Source of the DNA: Spirochaetia bacterium
GTDB taxonomy: Bacteria > Spirochaetota > Spirochaetia > UBA9216
DNA length: 64,000 nucleotides
Direction: 5' to 3'
Assembly (NCBI GenBank): GCA_963677925.2
Contig: CAXXYH010000004.1
Location: 1-64,000, forward strand
The notes under the pieces were generated by a model. It ran no database searches. It saw nothing but the letters and a program-made list of their open reading frames with translations, and had not been told where the DNA came from. Below, in pieces: positions 1 through 10,288 of the stretch. Both the position numbers and the translations under genes were made by a program. Positions within the stretch are counted from its first letter, which is position 1; each line of letters begins with the position of its first letter.

Positions 1-391
1 TACTCTCAGCCCGGTTGACAACATATTCAGCAAAGCCACCGTTTGCTGCAGATCCGATTCCCTTTCGTTCAGGACAGTGGTTATACTCACCGCGCCGGCA
101 GAATCTGCATTTTCCGCAGACATGGTAGGTGGTCTGTGTTATTACCCGGTCACCTATAGCAAAACCGGTAACCCCTTCTCCGATGGCATCTATAACACCG
201 GAAACTTCATGACCAAGAACTACAGGAGGTTTCAGTGCAAAGCCGCCCTCGTTAATGTAGGTATTATCTGTCTGGCAGATTCCGGAACGTTTAATTTTAA
301 TTCTTACCTGACCAGCCTGTGGTTCAGGTGTCGGGATATCGGTAAATTCGATATTGCCCGGATCGATTTTTGTCTTTACTAATGCTCGCAT
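1..391 (-). CDS. Zn-dependent (MDR) polyol/alcohol dehydrogenase, 5' part; runs off the window edge
   Basis: Not in the ORF track. Hand translation gives MRALVKTKIDPGNIEF...SGICQTD...VVLGHEVSG...CGKCRFCRRGEYNHC, with the GHE motif and four structural Zn cysteines. GGAG RBS upstream. Confidence 0.9.
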   Translation of the reverse strand, partial: MRALVKTKIDPGNIEFTDIPTPEPQAGQVRIKIKRSGICQTDNTYINEGGFALKPPVVLGHEVSGVIDAIGEGVTGFAIGDRVITQTTYHVCGKCRFCRRGEYNHCPERKGIGSAANGGFAEYVVNRAES

Positions 392-432
392 ATTTATCTC
401 CATAACAAGTAAAATTTTCTATAGTTTGTCTT

Positions 433-1914
433 TTAAAATTGTGATTCACCCCTCTGCTTCCAGAACCCGGTCATTCCCTCCTGCAGGTCCTTGAAAGTTT
501 TATAAAGGGATTGATATTTAATATATTTATCCGGATCAGGCATAAAAACATCTGTGCCCTCAGTGCCGTCTGTATCAGAACTTTCTATATTCAATCCTGT
601 CCGGATTATTTCAGTTATGCCGGCTATTCCCAGTTCCTTGACCCGGGGTCTGATTACTTTCTTCCCAAGTGCATCTGCAATCATCTGACAGCTCAGGTTG
701 TTGGAGGCTCCTCCGCCGGAGAGGAAGACACTGCCGTCATGTTCCGGAAGAACTCTGTGACAGTCCATAATAGAAAGGACCATACCTTCAAATGCTGCAC
801 GAAGCATATCAAACCTGCCGTGGGTCCTTGTCAGACCGTAGAAACCGGCGCATGCAAAGGGGTCTCTGAACGGGGCTCTCTCGCCGCTGATATAAGGGTG
901 ATATAAAATGCCGTTGCTGCCTGCAGGGATCTGCTCCAGCTCCTTTTCTATTTCCTGATAACTTAAATCAGGAGCCAGCAGATCTCTGGCCCAGTCAATT
1001 GCTGAACAGCCGCTGAGCGAAGCCATAACCCGCAGATATTTATCCGGATAAATACTGCACAGAGAGCTGCCCCGGCGATCGGACACATCGACCTCGGCTG
1101 AATTAATAAGAGCCTCACTGCACAGTGTTGTACCGAGAATTACACAGCTTTCTCCTGCAGCAGACAGTCCGGTGCCGACAGCAGTTGCAACAACATCAAT
1201 GGCTCCCGCGACCACCGGTGTCCCCACGGGTATTCCGCATTCAGCTGCGGCCGCTGTATTTACAGAACCAATTACATCAACAGGAGCACTCAGCTCCGGC
1301 ATCATCTCGCCGGCTTCCCTGATATCCAGATAATCAAACAATCCGTCGACAAAACTGTGATCGAAAATATTTATTCCGCAGGTCGAAAAATCTGAAAAAT
1401 CACTTAAAATATTGCCGGTAAGCCGGTAGTTCAGCCAGTCTTTACATCTGAGAACTGTACTGATTTTTTTATACCGATCAGGCTGATTCAGCTTCATCCA
1501 TTTAAGAATCAGCGGGTATGCACCGGAAAAGAGAGCAGTGGAAGAATTGCCGATCAGAAACCTGTCCAGCGCCTGATCATCAAAATTATCCAGAGTTCTC
1601 GTTCTGGTATCATTCCAGAGAATTGCATTGCCTACCGGTTCACCGTGCCTGTCTATAGCCCACATGCCGTCACCCTGGGCACTAATACCGGTTCCGGCAA
1701 TCTCCTTCCATATAAGCGGATTTCTTTCACGAAGCTGCAGAGTCAGACTGCACAGTTTTTCCCAGAGCTCTCTCATATTCATTTCCGAGGCACCTTCGAA
1801 GGGAATCTGCACATCAGCCGGACAGCTTTCAATATCAATCACTGTCCCGCAGCTGTCGGTAAGGGCAGCTTTTATCCTGGTAGTACCGACATCGAGACCT
1901 AATAAAACAACCAT
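433..1914 (-). CDS. FGGY-family carbohydrate kinase (erythritol/L-xylulose kinase-like)
   Basis: GLDVGTTRIK, QGDGMW...ILWNDTR, GERAPF and LSGGGA motifs. Confidence 0.9.
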   Translation of the reverse strand: MVVLLGLDVGTTRIKAALTDSCGTVIDIESCPADVQIPFEGASEMNMRELWEKLCSLTLQLRERNPLIWKEIAGTGISAQGDGMWAIDRHGEPVGNAILWNDTRTRTLDNFDDQALDRFLIGNSSTALFSGAYPLILKWMKLNQPDRYKKISTVLRCKDWLNYRLTGNILSDFSDFSTCGINIFDHSFVDGLFDYLDIREAGEMMPELSAPVDVIGSVNTAAAAECGIPVGTPVVAGAIDVVATAVGTGLSAAGESCVILGTTLCSEALINSAEVDVSDRRGSSLCSIYPDKYLRVMASLSGCSAIDWARDLLAPDLSYQEIEKELEQIPAGSNGILYHPYISGERAPFRDPFACAGFYGLTRTHGRFDMLRAAFEGMVLSIMDCHRVLPEHDGSVFLSGGGASNNLSCQMIADALGKKVIRPRVKELGIAGITEIIRTGLNIESSDTDGTEGTDVFMPDPDKYIKYQSLYKTFKDLQEGMTGFWKQRGESQF

Positions 1915-1920
1915 TAAAAA

Positions 1921-2622
1921 TCAGTCCCCCAGATAGGCCTTGCTAAGTGAATCATCAGCAAGAATCTCATCCCTGGTTCCCGTTTTTTCAATACTTCCTA
2001 CAGAAAGAATATATGCCCGGTCACAGATGGACAAAGCTTTAAAAGCATTCTGCTCTACTATCATGATTGCGGTACCGCTTTTATTAATCTCTGTAATAAT
2101 TTCAAATATCTGGCTTACTATAATCGGAGCAAGTCCCAGGGAGGGTTCATCAAGAAGCATCAGCCTGGGCCGCGCCATTATTCCGCGGCTGATGGCAAGC
2201 ATCTGCTGTTCACCACCGCTTAGATGGCCGCCGTACTGATTCTCCCGCTCTTTCAGACGGGGAAAAAGCTCATGAACTCTGTCAAGATCTTCCTTTATAC
2301 CCTGTGGATCGTTTCGCAGATATGCCCCTACCATCAGATTGTCTCTTACTGTCAGGTGAGTGAATATCTGCCGGCCTTCCGGTACATGAACCAGGCCAGT
2401 GCCGACCACATCATAATTTCTCTTCGGAACCGGAGTTCCCATAAATTTTATACTGCCTTCTGAAGGTTTTACTACCGAAGAGATACAGTTAAGAAGAGTT
2501 GACTTACCGGCACCGTTTGCGCCCAGTACTGCTACAACCTCACCTTCGTTAACTTCAAGAGAGACCCCTCTAAGAGCCTTAATACCGCCGTAAGCGGCAT
2601 GCAGGTTTTCAATTTTCAGCAT
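1921..2622 (-). CDS. livF: HAAT (Liv-type) ABC transporter ATPase, LivF-like
   Basis: GANGAGKS, VPEGRQIF, LSGGEQQMLA, LDEPSLGLAP. Confidence 0.9.
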   Translation of the reverse strand: MLKIENLHAAYGGIKALRGVSLEVNEGEVVAVLGANGAGKSTLLNCISSVVKPSEGSIKFMGTPVPKRNYDVVGTGLVHVPEGRQIFTHLTVRDNLMVGAYLRNDPQGIKEDLDRVHELFPRLKERENQYGGHLSGGEQQMLAISRGIMARPRLMLLDEPSLGLAPIIVSQIFEIITEINKSGTAIMIVEQNAFKALSICDRAYILSVGSIEKTGTRDEILADDSLSKAYLGD

Positions 2623-3389
2623 GGGTCTGTACCTCCAAGATATGCCTCAATAACGCAGTCATTATTTTTAACCTCTAAGGGTGTTCCTGTGGCAATTGTT
2701 TTTCCGAAATTCAAAACTGTAACCCAGTCACAAAGATTTGTGACAACATCCATGTGATGCTCAATCATCAAAATTGTCAGATCGAAATTCTTCTTTATCT
2801 CAAGAATAAAGCCGACGAGTTCCTCCGATTCATCGGCATTCATTCCTGCGGCAGGCTCATCAAGCAGAATAAGCTTCGGATTAAGCGCTATGGCTCTGGC
2901 AATTTCAAGTTTGCGCTGGTGACCGTATGGAAGCTTACAGGCAATCTCACTGAAATTGCTTTCAAGACCTACGGCTTCAAGCAGCATCATGGCTTTTTCT
3001 TCGATACCCTTCTCCAACTTCCTGTATCTCGGAGTTCTAAAAAAAGCATCAATATAGTTATATTTTGCATCCATGCTGCTTGCCAGCACTACATTCTGCA
3101 GAACGCTAAGGTTTGAGAACAGACGGATATTCTGGAAAGTTCTTCCTATCCCTTTCTGCGCGATCTTATGCGGTTTGTGCCCGGTAATTTCTTTTTCATT
3201 AAAAAATATCGAACCGCTGCAGGGTGACAGAATACCTGTAATGTTATTAAAAATCGTAGTTTTACCTGCACCGTTCGGACCTATCAGGCCGTGGATTTTG
3301 CCTGGTTCAATTTTAACGCTGAAATCATCAATTGCCCGTACACCGCCGAAATTCTTTGTAACATTCTTTATTTCCAATACTGGTGTCAT
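2616..3389 (-). CDS. livG: HAAT ABC transporter ATPase, LivG-like
   Basis: GPNGAGKT, RTFQNIRLF, LPYGHQRKLEIARA, LDEPAAGMN, IEHHM. Confidence 0.9.
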   Translation of the reverse strand: MTPVLEIKNVTKNFGGVRAIDDFSVKIEPGKIHGLIGPNGAGKTTIFNNITGILSPCSGSIFFNEKEITGHKPHKIAQKGIGRTFQNIRLFSNLSVLQNVVLASSMDAKYNYIDAFFRTPRYRKLEKGIEEKAMMLLEAVGLESNFSEIACKLPYGHQRKLEIARAIALNPKLILLDEPAAGMNADESEELVGFILEIKKNFDLTILMIEHHMDVVTNLCDWVTVLNFGKTIATGTPLEVKNNDCVIEAYLGGTDPC

Positions 3390-4303
3390 TTTTCATCCAC
3401 CCCCATACAGCCAATTTTTTCAGTTTTTTTCGGACGGGGAGTTTTATTGATTAGTCCCTTTACAAATGCTATCAGTCCGCGAATTGAGAACTCCTTGTAG
3501 CCGAACAAACCTGAAGGCCTCATAGTGATAATCAGAACGACTGCTACCCCGTAAAAGAACATTCGGTAGTTTGCAAATGATCTGAAAATTTCAGGTAGAA
3601 GAGTCACAACAAGTGATCCGAAGATAGAACCGGTCAGACTTCCTAATCCGCCGATAACAACAGTTATCGTCAGCTCGGCTGATTTGGGCAGATTGAACAT
3701 AATCGGAGACAGGAACATCAGATTATGGGCATACAGTGCTCCGGCCCATCCGGCAAGCATAGCACTGAAAACGAAGGCCAGCTTCTTGTTTTTAGTAACA
3801 TCTATTCCAACGGCTTCCGCAGCAATTTCCTGCTCCCTGATCGCCGTAAAGTTTCTGCCGTATTTCGAATGGATAAGCGTCCAGGCTATTATTACTGCAA
3901 GCACAAGGCTAACTACCGCAATCGGCAGGCTTGTATATTTAGGAATTCCGGCCATACCGCGTGCCCCGCCTGTTATCGGCGTTATATAATTGAAAAGAAC
4001 CCTGACCATTTCTCCGAACCCAAGTGTCGTTATAAGAAAATAGTCACCCTGCAGCCTTAGCGTAAGCGAACCAAGCAGGTATGCAATAAATCCGGCAGCA
4101 AGAATACCGACAAGGATAGCCGGAATAAAAGGCAGCCCTATTTTAGCTGTAAGCAGTGCTGAGACATATGCGCCGATCGACATAAATCCCGCATTGCCGA
4201 AAGAAAACAGCCTGGTAAAACCTGTTAATACAGAAACTCCCAGAACCGCTATCATATTTATGCAGACTAGAATAATAATTCCCTGCGTGTAATCAGAAAA
4301 CAT
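3386..4303 (-). CDS. livM: HAAT ABC transporter permease, LivM-like
   Basis: LRLQGDYFLITTLGFGE, AIREQEIAAEAVGI; multiple TM segments. Confidence 0.88.
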   Translation of the reverse strand: MFSDYTQGIIILVCINMIAVLGVSVLTGFTRLFSFGNAGFMSIGAYVSALLTAKIGLPFIPAILVGILAAGFIAYLLGSLTLRLQGDYFLITTLGFGEMVRVLFNYITPITGGARGMAGIPKYTSLPIAVVSLVLAVIIAWTLIHSKYGRNFTAIREQEIAAEAVGIDVTKNKKLAFVFSAMLAGWAGALYAHNLMFLSPIMFNLPKSAELTITVVIGGLGSLTGSIFGSLVVTLLPEIFRSFANYRMFFYGVAVVLIITMRPSGLFGYKEFSIRGLIAFVKGLINKTPRPKKTEKIGCMGVDEK

Positions 4304-4320
4304 AGTTATATAGCTCCTCT

Positions 4321-5193
4321 TTAGGCTTTTTCTTCAACAGTGACACCCATAAGACCGCTGGGTTTAATAAGCAGAATGGCAATAAGAAGCGCAAATGTAA
4401 TTAAATCCCTCAGACCCGAGTTCAGATATCCTGATACCATAGTCTCAGTGATTCCTATCACTATGGCACCGACAATAGCGCCTCTGACACTTCCAAGACC
4501 ACCGAAAACAGAAGCTATAAAAGCCTTTAATCCGATATTTCCCATTGTCGGGTAAACGTTATATTTCAACCCGAGAAGAACCCCGGCAACACCGGCCAGA
4601 GCTCCTGCAATAGCAAATACCAGAGCAAACATCTTATTTACGTTTATACCCAGAAGCCCCGCTGTGGAACTGCTTGAGGCAATCGCCCTTATTCCGAGCC
4701 CTACCTTTGTTTTTGTAATTACCAGTTCAAGAATCAGCAAGGCTACAGCTGCTACCACCAAAGTCAATAAATCAAGAACCCCTACATGTACCTGCCCGAT
4801 AGGTATCGATGATACAGGCAGGATAGGGGGATATTTCTGAAATTTGGCTCCGAACACCAGCATGGAACCATTCTGAAAAACTATAGACAGCCCCATTGCT
4901 GCTATCATAAGAAACATAGTCGGTGATTTATTTTCACGAATCCTTCTGTATGCCAGCCTTTCATTAAGAAAACTAATCAACCCGGCTCCGAGGATTCCAA
5001 TTACAGCCGCTGCTACAAACGGCACATTTAAAGAAGCTACGAAGATCAGGGCAACATACGCACCAAGCATGGCAACCTCACCATGCGCCCAGTTTGAAAA
5101 GCCCAGAAGACTGTATATCAGTGCATATCCGGAGGCAATTAAAGCATAGACCCCGCCGACTGAAATACCATTCACCAATTGCTGCAGAAACAT
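4321..5193 (-). CDS. livH: HAAT ABC transporter permease, LivH-like
   Basis: MFLQQLVNGISVGGVYALIASG...NWAHGE, KAFIASVFGGLGS. Confidence 0.88.
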   Translation of the reverse strand: MFLQQLVNGISVGGVYALIASGYALIYSLLGFSNWAHGEVAMLGAYVALIFVASLNVPFVAAAVIGILGAGLISFLNERLAYRRIRENKSPTMFLMIAAMGLSIVFQNGSMLVFGAKFQKYPPILPVSSIPIGQVHVGVLDLLTLVVAAVALLILELVITKTKVGLGIRAIASSSSTAGLLGINVNKMFALVFAIAGALAGVAGVLLGLKYNVYPTMGNIGLKAFIASVFGGLGSVRGAIVGAIVIGITETMVSGYLNSGLRDLITFALLIAILLIKPSGLMGVTVEEKA

Positions 5194-5218
5194 TTCTCAC
5201 ACCCCTCATTTTGAAAGT

Positions 5219-5245
5219 CGGGAGAGGAGGGAAGCTCCTCTCCCG
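5219..5245 (-). terminator. Hairpin between the binding-protein and permease genes (mRNA stabiliser or partial terminator)
   Basis: CGGGAGAGGAG-ggaag-CTCCTCTCCCG, perfect 11-bp stem. Confidence 0.6.
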
Positions 5246-5284
5246 TTTTAATATCAACTAACTTTTTAATTTTAAAAAAAGGGA

Positions 5285-6439
5285 TTACTGATACATCTCA
5301 ACAAGGACTTCTTTATCTCCCTGTATTGTAAACATAGCCAGTTCTCTCTGCGGATTGTGGGTAGCCGGATCTATAGACATCTCACCCAGAAGTCCGCTGA
5401 AATGTGTTGTATTTTCTAGACCGGCCCTGATAGCATCCGGTTCCCATGAACCGGCTTCTTCTATAACCTGAACAAGCCAGAGAACTCCGTCGTTACCGTA
5501 GAGACATTCTGCTTCAAGAGCTATGTTGTATTCTTTCTTGTAGGCTTCACCGTATTTCATCGCATCAGGAGTATTGAATCCGGGTCTTGAACAGAAAAGA
5601 GCTCCTTCAAGTGCACCTTCTGCGAGAGTAGGAAGTTCCATGGAATCCCAGCCGTCAAAACCGACGAACTGACATTTAAGTCCAAGTTCCCTTGCCTGCT
5701 TGCTGATAAGGGCTACATCATTGTAAATCCAGGGAATAAACAGGATTTCAGGGTTAGCTTTTTTAATTTTGGAAAGCTGCGCACGGAAATCGTTATCACC
5801 GGAATTAGCCTCTTCTGCAGCAACAATCTTTCCGCCGCCTGCTTCAAAAGCTTTTATAGTGTACTCTGAAAGACCTGATGAGTAGGAATCACCAATATTT
5901 GTAAGAATCGCTGCAGTTTTAACGCCCTTATCAAGCATGTACTGAGCCATCTTCGCACCCTGGAAAGAGTCAATAAAACAGAGTCTGAATGAATAAGGAT
6001 GAAGTTTTCCGTTTTCATCAACTGTCACAAGGTCGTTTGATGCAGCTGTAGCGATTACAGGAACCTTCTTTACATCTGCAACTGCTGCAATCGGAATATT
6101 ACAGCTTGAGAAATTTGTTCCTACTACTGCACTTACCTTGTACTCATCCACAAGCTTGTTGTAGGCATTTACAGAATCCTGGGGATCTCCGCGTCCGTCA
6201 AGACCGATAATCTCAATCTGCTTTCCAAGAACACCACCGGCCTCATTGATCCGTTTCGCAGTCATGAGCATACCGTTCAGACCAGCCTGTCCCCACAGGG
6301 CTGTATCACCTGACAGGGCAGAGACATACCCGATTCTAATTGTGTCTCCGTCTGATGAGGCTTTACCTTCCTGATTTCCGCCGGCAAATACAGTAAATGT
6401 AATACTCAGAACCAGCAGGACCATTAAAAGTTTTTTCAT
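5285..6439 (-). CDS. HAAT ABC transporter substrate-binding protein (LivJ/LivK-like)
   Basis: Signal peptide ending FAGGNQE; IRIG...LSGDTALWG, INEAGGVLGKQIE, DFRAQLSKIK. Confidence 0.88.
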   Translation of the reverse strand: MKKLLMVLLVLSITFTVFAGGNQEGKASSDGDTIRIGYVSALSGDTALWGQAGLNGMLMTAKRINEAGGVLGKQIEIIGLDGRGDPQDSVNAYNKLVDEYKVSAVVGTNFSSCNIPIAAVADVKKVPVIATAASNDLVTVDENGKLHPYSFRLCFIDSFQGAKMAQYMLDKGVKTAAILTNIGDSYSSGLSEYTIKAFEAGGGKIVAAEEANSGDNDFRAQLSKIKKANPEILFIPWIYNDVALISKQARELGLKCQFVGFDGWDSMELPTLAEGALEGALFCSRPGFNTPDAMKYGEAYKKEYNIALEAECLYGNDGVLWLVQVIEEAGSWEPDAIRAGLENTTHFSGLLGEMSIDPATHNPQRELAMFTIQGDKEVLVEMYQ

Positions 6440-6536
6440 CTAATCCTCCACTCCAGAAAGGATGCACCTGTATCGGCATCCTAATTTCTGAATTAATATT
6501 TTAAGTGACTGTAATCACTTATTAACTTTAATATGT

Positions 6537-7472
6537 TTAATCGAGACGTGATTCAAGTTCTCTTGCTATTGAACTGTCAATTATCAGTACATCTATACAT
6601 CCGGTCTTAAGAGCACCGAAGACTGCTTCAGATTTCCAGTCACCGCCCGCGATCGCAATGACTGTTGGAATCTTCTTAAGCATTTCCATATCAACACCCA
6701 TTACCCGATTCTTCAGCTGAATTGTGCCGAAATCACCGTCCGCCTTGAAATGGTTGAAGCAGATATTTCCGACATAACCGGAATCCTGCAGCATCTCAAA
6801 ATCATCATGCTGCAGATATCCCTCGGATACGATCGTTGATTTTTCAGTCAATTCACCTATACCCATAATTGCAATATTGCATTCATGCATTTTCTCGAAG
6901 GTCTGTTTGTAAAAATCTTCTTTGGCAACTTCCTGAACCAGCTTGCTGTTCATGGTTGCCGGGGCATAAAGGATGCTGTAGTCACAGCCCAGCTTGGAAG
7001 CAAGCATCCGGGTTATTTCATCCGGTTTTATTGAATGATTTGTCGTATTGATGCCGCCGACAAGCTGAACAACATTGGATTTTGATTTTCTGGAGGGTCT
7101 CAGGCACTGGATAGTTTCACCAAGCGTAATTCCCCAGGACACACCGATTGAATCTCCGTCATGAATAAATTCATCAAGAAATTCAGCTGCTTTCCGGCCA
7201 AGAACAGTCAGGATCGGCAAATCATTATTATCTGTATCTGCTATTACAACCTGTTTAAGTCCGAATTTCTCTTCAAGCAGAGACTCCAGTTCTACATACT
7301 CATTTTCAATTCCATTAATTGTGATACTCACTATTCCTTCTTCTATCAGGGAATTGACGAGCTTATTCACATGCTGCCGCGATATACGGAGTTTATTCGC
7401 TATCTGCTCCTGAGTCATATTTGCGCTGTAATACATATATGCAATTTTAATCAGAGTACTTTTATCTGCCAT
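6537..7472 (-). CDS. SorC/LsrR-family sugar-binding transcriptional regulator
   Basis: N-terminal HTH (AYMYY...TQEQIANKLRISRQHV), GVSWGITL, VQLVGG, IAIAGG, LIID. Confidence 0.9.
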   Translation of the reverse strand: MADKSTLIKIAYMYYSANMTQEQIANKLRISRQHVNKLVNSLIEEGIVSITINGIENEYVELESLLEEKFGLKQVVIADTDNNDLPILTVLGRKAAEFLDEFIHDGDSIGVSWGITLGETIQCLRPSRKSKSNVVQLVGGINTTNHSIKPDEITRMLASKLGCDYSILYAPATMNSKLVQEVAKEDFYKQTFEKMHECNIAIMGIGELTEKSTIVSEGYLQHDDFEMLQDSGYVGNICFNHFKADGDFGTIQLKNRVMGVDMEMLKKIPTVIAIAGGDWKSEAVFGALKTGCIDVLIIDSSIARELESRLD

Positions 7473-7498
7473 TTGTTTAATAACCTTTGCACTTATAC

Positions 7499-7571
7499 GA
7501 CATATGTCATCTTACCTTACATTAGTCGCTTTTGATGTAATTATGTTAGCTCACAAATTTTCATCTGTCAA
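7499..7571 (-). promoter_or_regulatory. Sigma70-type promoter of the regulator/sugar operon with a candidate operator
   Basis: Minus strand TTGACA(7571-7566)-17 bp-TAACAT(7548-7543); palindrome GACATATGTC at 7499-7508 downstream. Confidence 0.5.
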
Positions 7572-7642
7572 ATAAAAAGTTATAAAAAGTCAATGTCCAC
7601 AGACGGCTTGCCCATTCTGCTTTTCTGATGCAAAATAAACCA

Positions 7643-9037
7643 ATGGCTAAAAGAAAAACCTATTTTGAATGCACATCATGCGGACACACCGAACCCAAGT
7701 GGCTGGGCAAGTGCCCTGGCTGCGGAACATGGAACAGCTTTATTGAGCTTGAACACGCAGCTTCACCCAAAACAAAGAGCGCCTCTTCTTCATCCGCCAG
7801 AACCGAATCAGGCAGAACCGGGGGCCCCGTCAGGCTCAGCGGGATCGACACATCCGAGGGTGTAAGATTCTCATCCGGAACTGATGAAACAGACAGAGTC
7901 CTCGGCGGAGGGCTGATGAAGGGATCATCCGTGCTGGTAGGCGGGGAACCGGGAATCGGAAAGTCTACACTGATGCTTCAGATTTGCGACAAGGCCGCTG
8001 TTACCGGAAAGGTTCTCTACATTTCAGGGGAAGAATCTGCCTCACAGATTAAGATGAGGGCTGAACGCCTTGATATAAAACGCGACATAGAAGTACTGTG
8101 TGAGAGCGATTCAACTGTCATTCTCAAAACCATAGACAAATCCAGGCCGGCGCTTGTAATCACAGACTCAGTGCAGACTATGTTTAACCCGGACCTGGGG
8201 ATGGTTGCCGGAACTGTAAACCAGATCAAGTTCTGCGCGTCAGAACTGATAGACAGGGCAAGGCTATACGGCTGTCCGGTTTTTCTAGTAGCCCATGTCA
8301 CAAAAGAAGGCTCTATTGCCGGCCCCAAGGTGCTGGAACACATGGTCGATACGGTTCTCTACTTCGAGCATGGAGCCTCTGATGTCCGCCTGCTCAGAGC
8401 AGTGAAGAACCGCTTCGGGTCTATCGATGAGCTGGGATTATTCAGGATGACGGCGAAGGGGCTTGAGCAGATAGACGAACCTGCATCACTGTTTCTGGTA
8501 AAACGCAAGGGCGAACAGCCTTCCGGAGCCTGCACTGCAGCAGTTTATGAGGGAACACGCGTGCTGATGGTTGAAATACAGGCGCTAACAGTCCCCGCAA
8601 AAGGCGGTCTGTCACGGGTATTTTCAGATAAAATCGACCAGCGCCGTGTTTCAAGGGTGGCGGCGGTACTGGAAAAAACGCTGTCGCTGCGGTTTTCCGA
8701 TCAGGATATTTATGTGAATGTTGCCGGAGGGATTCGGCTTGATGAACCTGGAACCGACCTTACGCTCGCACTTGCTCTGTATTCAGCAAGAACCGGCATC
8801 CAGGTACCGGGAGGTACTGCCTGTGCCGGAGAGATAAGCCTTGCAGGTGAAATTATGCCGGTGCCCCACCTTGAACGCAGGGCAAAGACAGCAGCCGAAA
8901 TGGGCTTTAAAAACTTTATAAATCCGGAACAGACTTCGGATTTAAAGAAGTGTATCTCCGGCCTGTTCTCAGCCGGCGATAAGGGCGGTAAGATAAGGCA
9001 GGGCCAGAAAGGTTCCGATACTGCTGCCGACGCTTGA
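7643..9037 (+). CDS. radA: DNA repair protein RadA/Sms
   Basis: C4 Zn finger (CTSCG...KWLGKCPGCG), GEPGIGKS, KNRFG. Start moved to MAKRK (7643); the track gives 7628. Confidence 0.97.
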   Translation: MAKRKTYFECTSCGHTEPKWLGKCPGCGTWNSFIELEHAASPKTKSASSSSARTESGRTGGPVRLSGIDTSEGVRFSSGTDETDRVLGGGLMKGSSVLVGGEPGIGKSTLMLQICDKAAVTGKVLYISGEESASQIKMRAERLDIKRDIEVLCESDSTVILKTIDKSRPALVITDSVQTMFNPDLGMVAGTVNQIKFCASELIDRARLYGCPVFLVAHVTKEGSIAGPKVLEHMVDTVLYFEHGASDVRLLRAVKNRFGSIDELGLFRMTAKGLEQIDEPASLFLVKRKGEQPSGACTAAVYEGTRVLMVEIQALTVPAKGGLSRVFSDKIDQRRVSRVAAVLEKTLSLRFSDQDIYVNVAGGIRLDEPGTDLTLALALYSARTGIQVPGGTACAGEISLAGEIMPVPHLERRAKTAAEMGFKNFINPEQTSDLKKCISGLFSAGDKGGKIRQGQKGSDTAADA

Positions 9038-10162
9038 GAAGAAGAATACAAGAAGTATCTTTGTAAAGCGGTTGCTGTAGAAACCCTTTATGCTTGAAAT
9101 ATCCTCATACAGATCCTCAAAATCCTTGACCCGCGGCTTTCGTATCCATGCCTGAAGCAGTCCTGAAACTATACCGACACCAATGGTGGGATTCATCGAG
9201 GTAAAGGGCGCCGCAAGAAAACTGATTAAAACAACCAGCGGATGAGCCATCGCAACTATAGCACCGATTGCGGCAAGTGAGCCGTTGGCAAGAATCCAGA
9301 CGAGGATCATCTTCAATCCCTGATGCATTCCGGAACGTATAAACCCGGAAGCAATAAGTGCCACAACAGCCACCGTTATCAGCCAGGGGATTTTTGAGAC
9401 CCAGTTTTTTTTGGGCGGAACAGTACTTATCTCGGCAAGATCAGCCTCAGCTTCTTTTTTCTCCAGCATATCAAGCCAGGAAACTATACCGTCCATATGT
9501 CCGGCACCTACAACGGCAACAGTCTTTTCCTCTTTTTCATTGAAGATATTTGTAGCAATAAATCTGTCGCGCTCATCAATAAAGACTTCCTTGACTCCCG
9601 GAAGGTAGTCTGCCAGTTCATCCATCATTGTCTGGAGTGCAGAATTGGTTTTAAGGTTTTCAAGTTCCTCTTCGGAAAGCTTCTCACTTGTAAAGGCTGA
9701 ACCTATCAGCGCAGAGAGCATCTTCATCTTCTGAATAAAACCGGACTTTGACCAGGCTCTCCGCAGAGTTGTGGAAATATCGCGGTCAGAAAATGAAAAC
9801 GGGATCTTCAGTTCAGTAGCTGTTTCGGCAGCAATAAGAATTTCACGGCCCTGAGTAGTTCCAACATCCATACCCAGACGGCGCTGATAGGATGAAAGTA
9901 CAAGGCTTGCAAGCATCAGAAAAGCCTGCCCCTTCTTCAGCACCTGTCCTATGTTAAGACTGCTCCAGTCCTGGCCTTCTGTCAGGGTTTTATACCTCTG
10001 AGCATCCAGCTCAATGCAGACTCGGCCTGGAAGTTCATCACGGATGAGGTTTTCAACCTCTTTGATGCTTTCTTTTGAAATATGAGCTGTACCGCATAAA
10101 ATAATCTCCCGGTTACCGAGCTGTATTTTTCTGATAGTATCGCTGATTCGAGTTTCAGTCAC
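8969..10162 (-). CDS. TraB/PrgY/GumN-family membrane protein
   Basis: GTAHIS, CIELD, DERD, VVGAGH; C-terminal TM helices (APFTSMNPTIG). Confidence 0.85.
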   Translation of the reverse strand: MTETRISDTIRKIQLGNREIILCGTAHISKESIKEVENLIRDELPGRVCIELDAQRYKTLTEGQDWSSLNIGQVLKKGQAFLMLASLVLSSYQRRLGMDVGTTQGREILIAAETATELKIPFSFSDRDISTTLRRAWSKSGFIQKMKMLSALIGSAFTSEKLSEEELENLKTNSALQTMMDELADYLPGVKEVFIDERDRFIATNIFNEKEEKTVAVVGAGHMDGIVSWLDMLEKKEAEADLAEISTVPPKKNWVSKIPWLITVAVVALIASGFIRSGMHQGLKMILVWILANGSLAAIGAIVAMAHPLVVLISFLAAPFTSMNPTIGVGIVSGLLQAWIRKPRVKDFEDLYEDISSIKGFYSNRFTKILLVFFFSSVGSSIGTFLALPYLTALIAG

Positions 10163-10189
10163 ATAGTACTCCTGTTTAAACTTCTAATA

Positions 10190-10224
10190 AAAAATAACCG
10201 GGCTGCCGCGACGGCAGCCATTTT
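10190..10224 (-). terminator. Intrinsic terminator after the TPR lipoprotein gene
   Basis: GGCTGCCG-cga-CGGCAGCC (10201-10219) with a T-rich run downstream on the minus strand. Confidence 0.6.
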
Positions 10225-10288
10225 ACCGTGAAGTTTACAAGCGAAGCTTTGTCAACTTCCGGCTAAGAAATAACATGGATGTTATTTC

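Noticed and set aside
77-382. 101-aa plus-strand ORF
   Set aside because: Antisense shadow of the Zn dehydrogenase on the minus strand.
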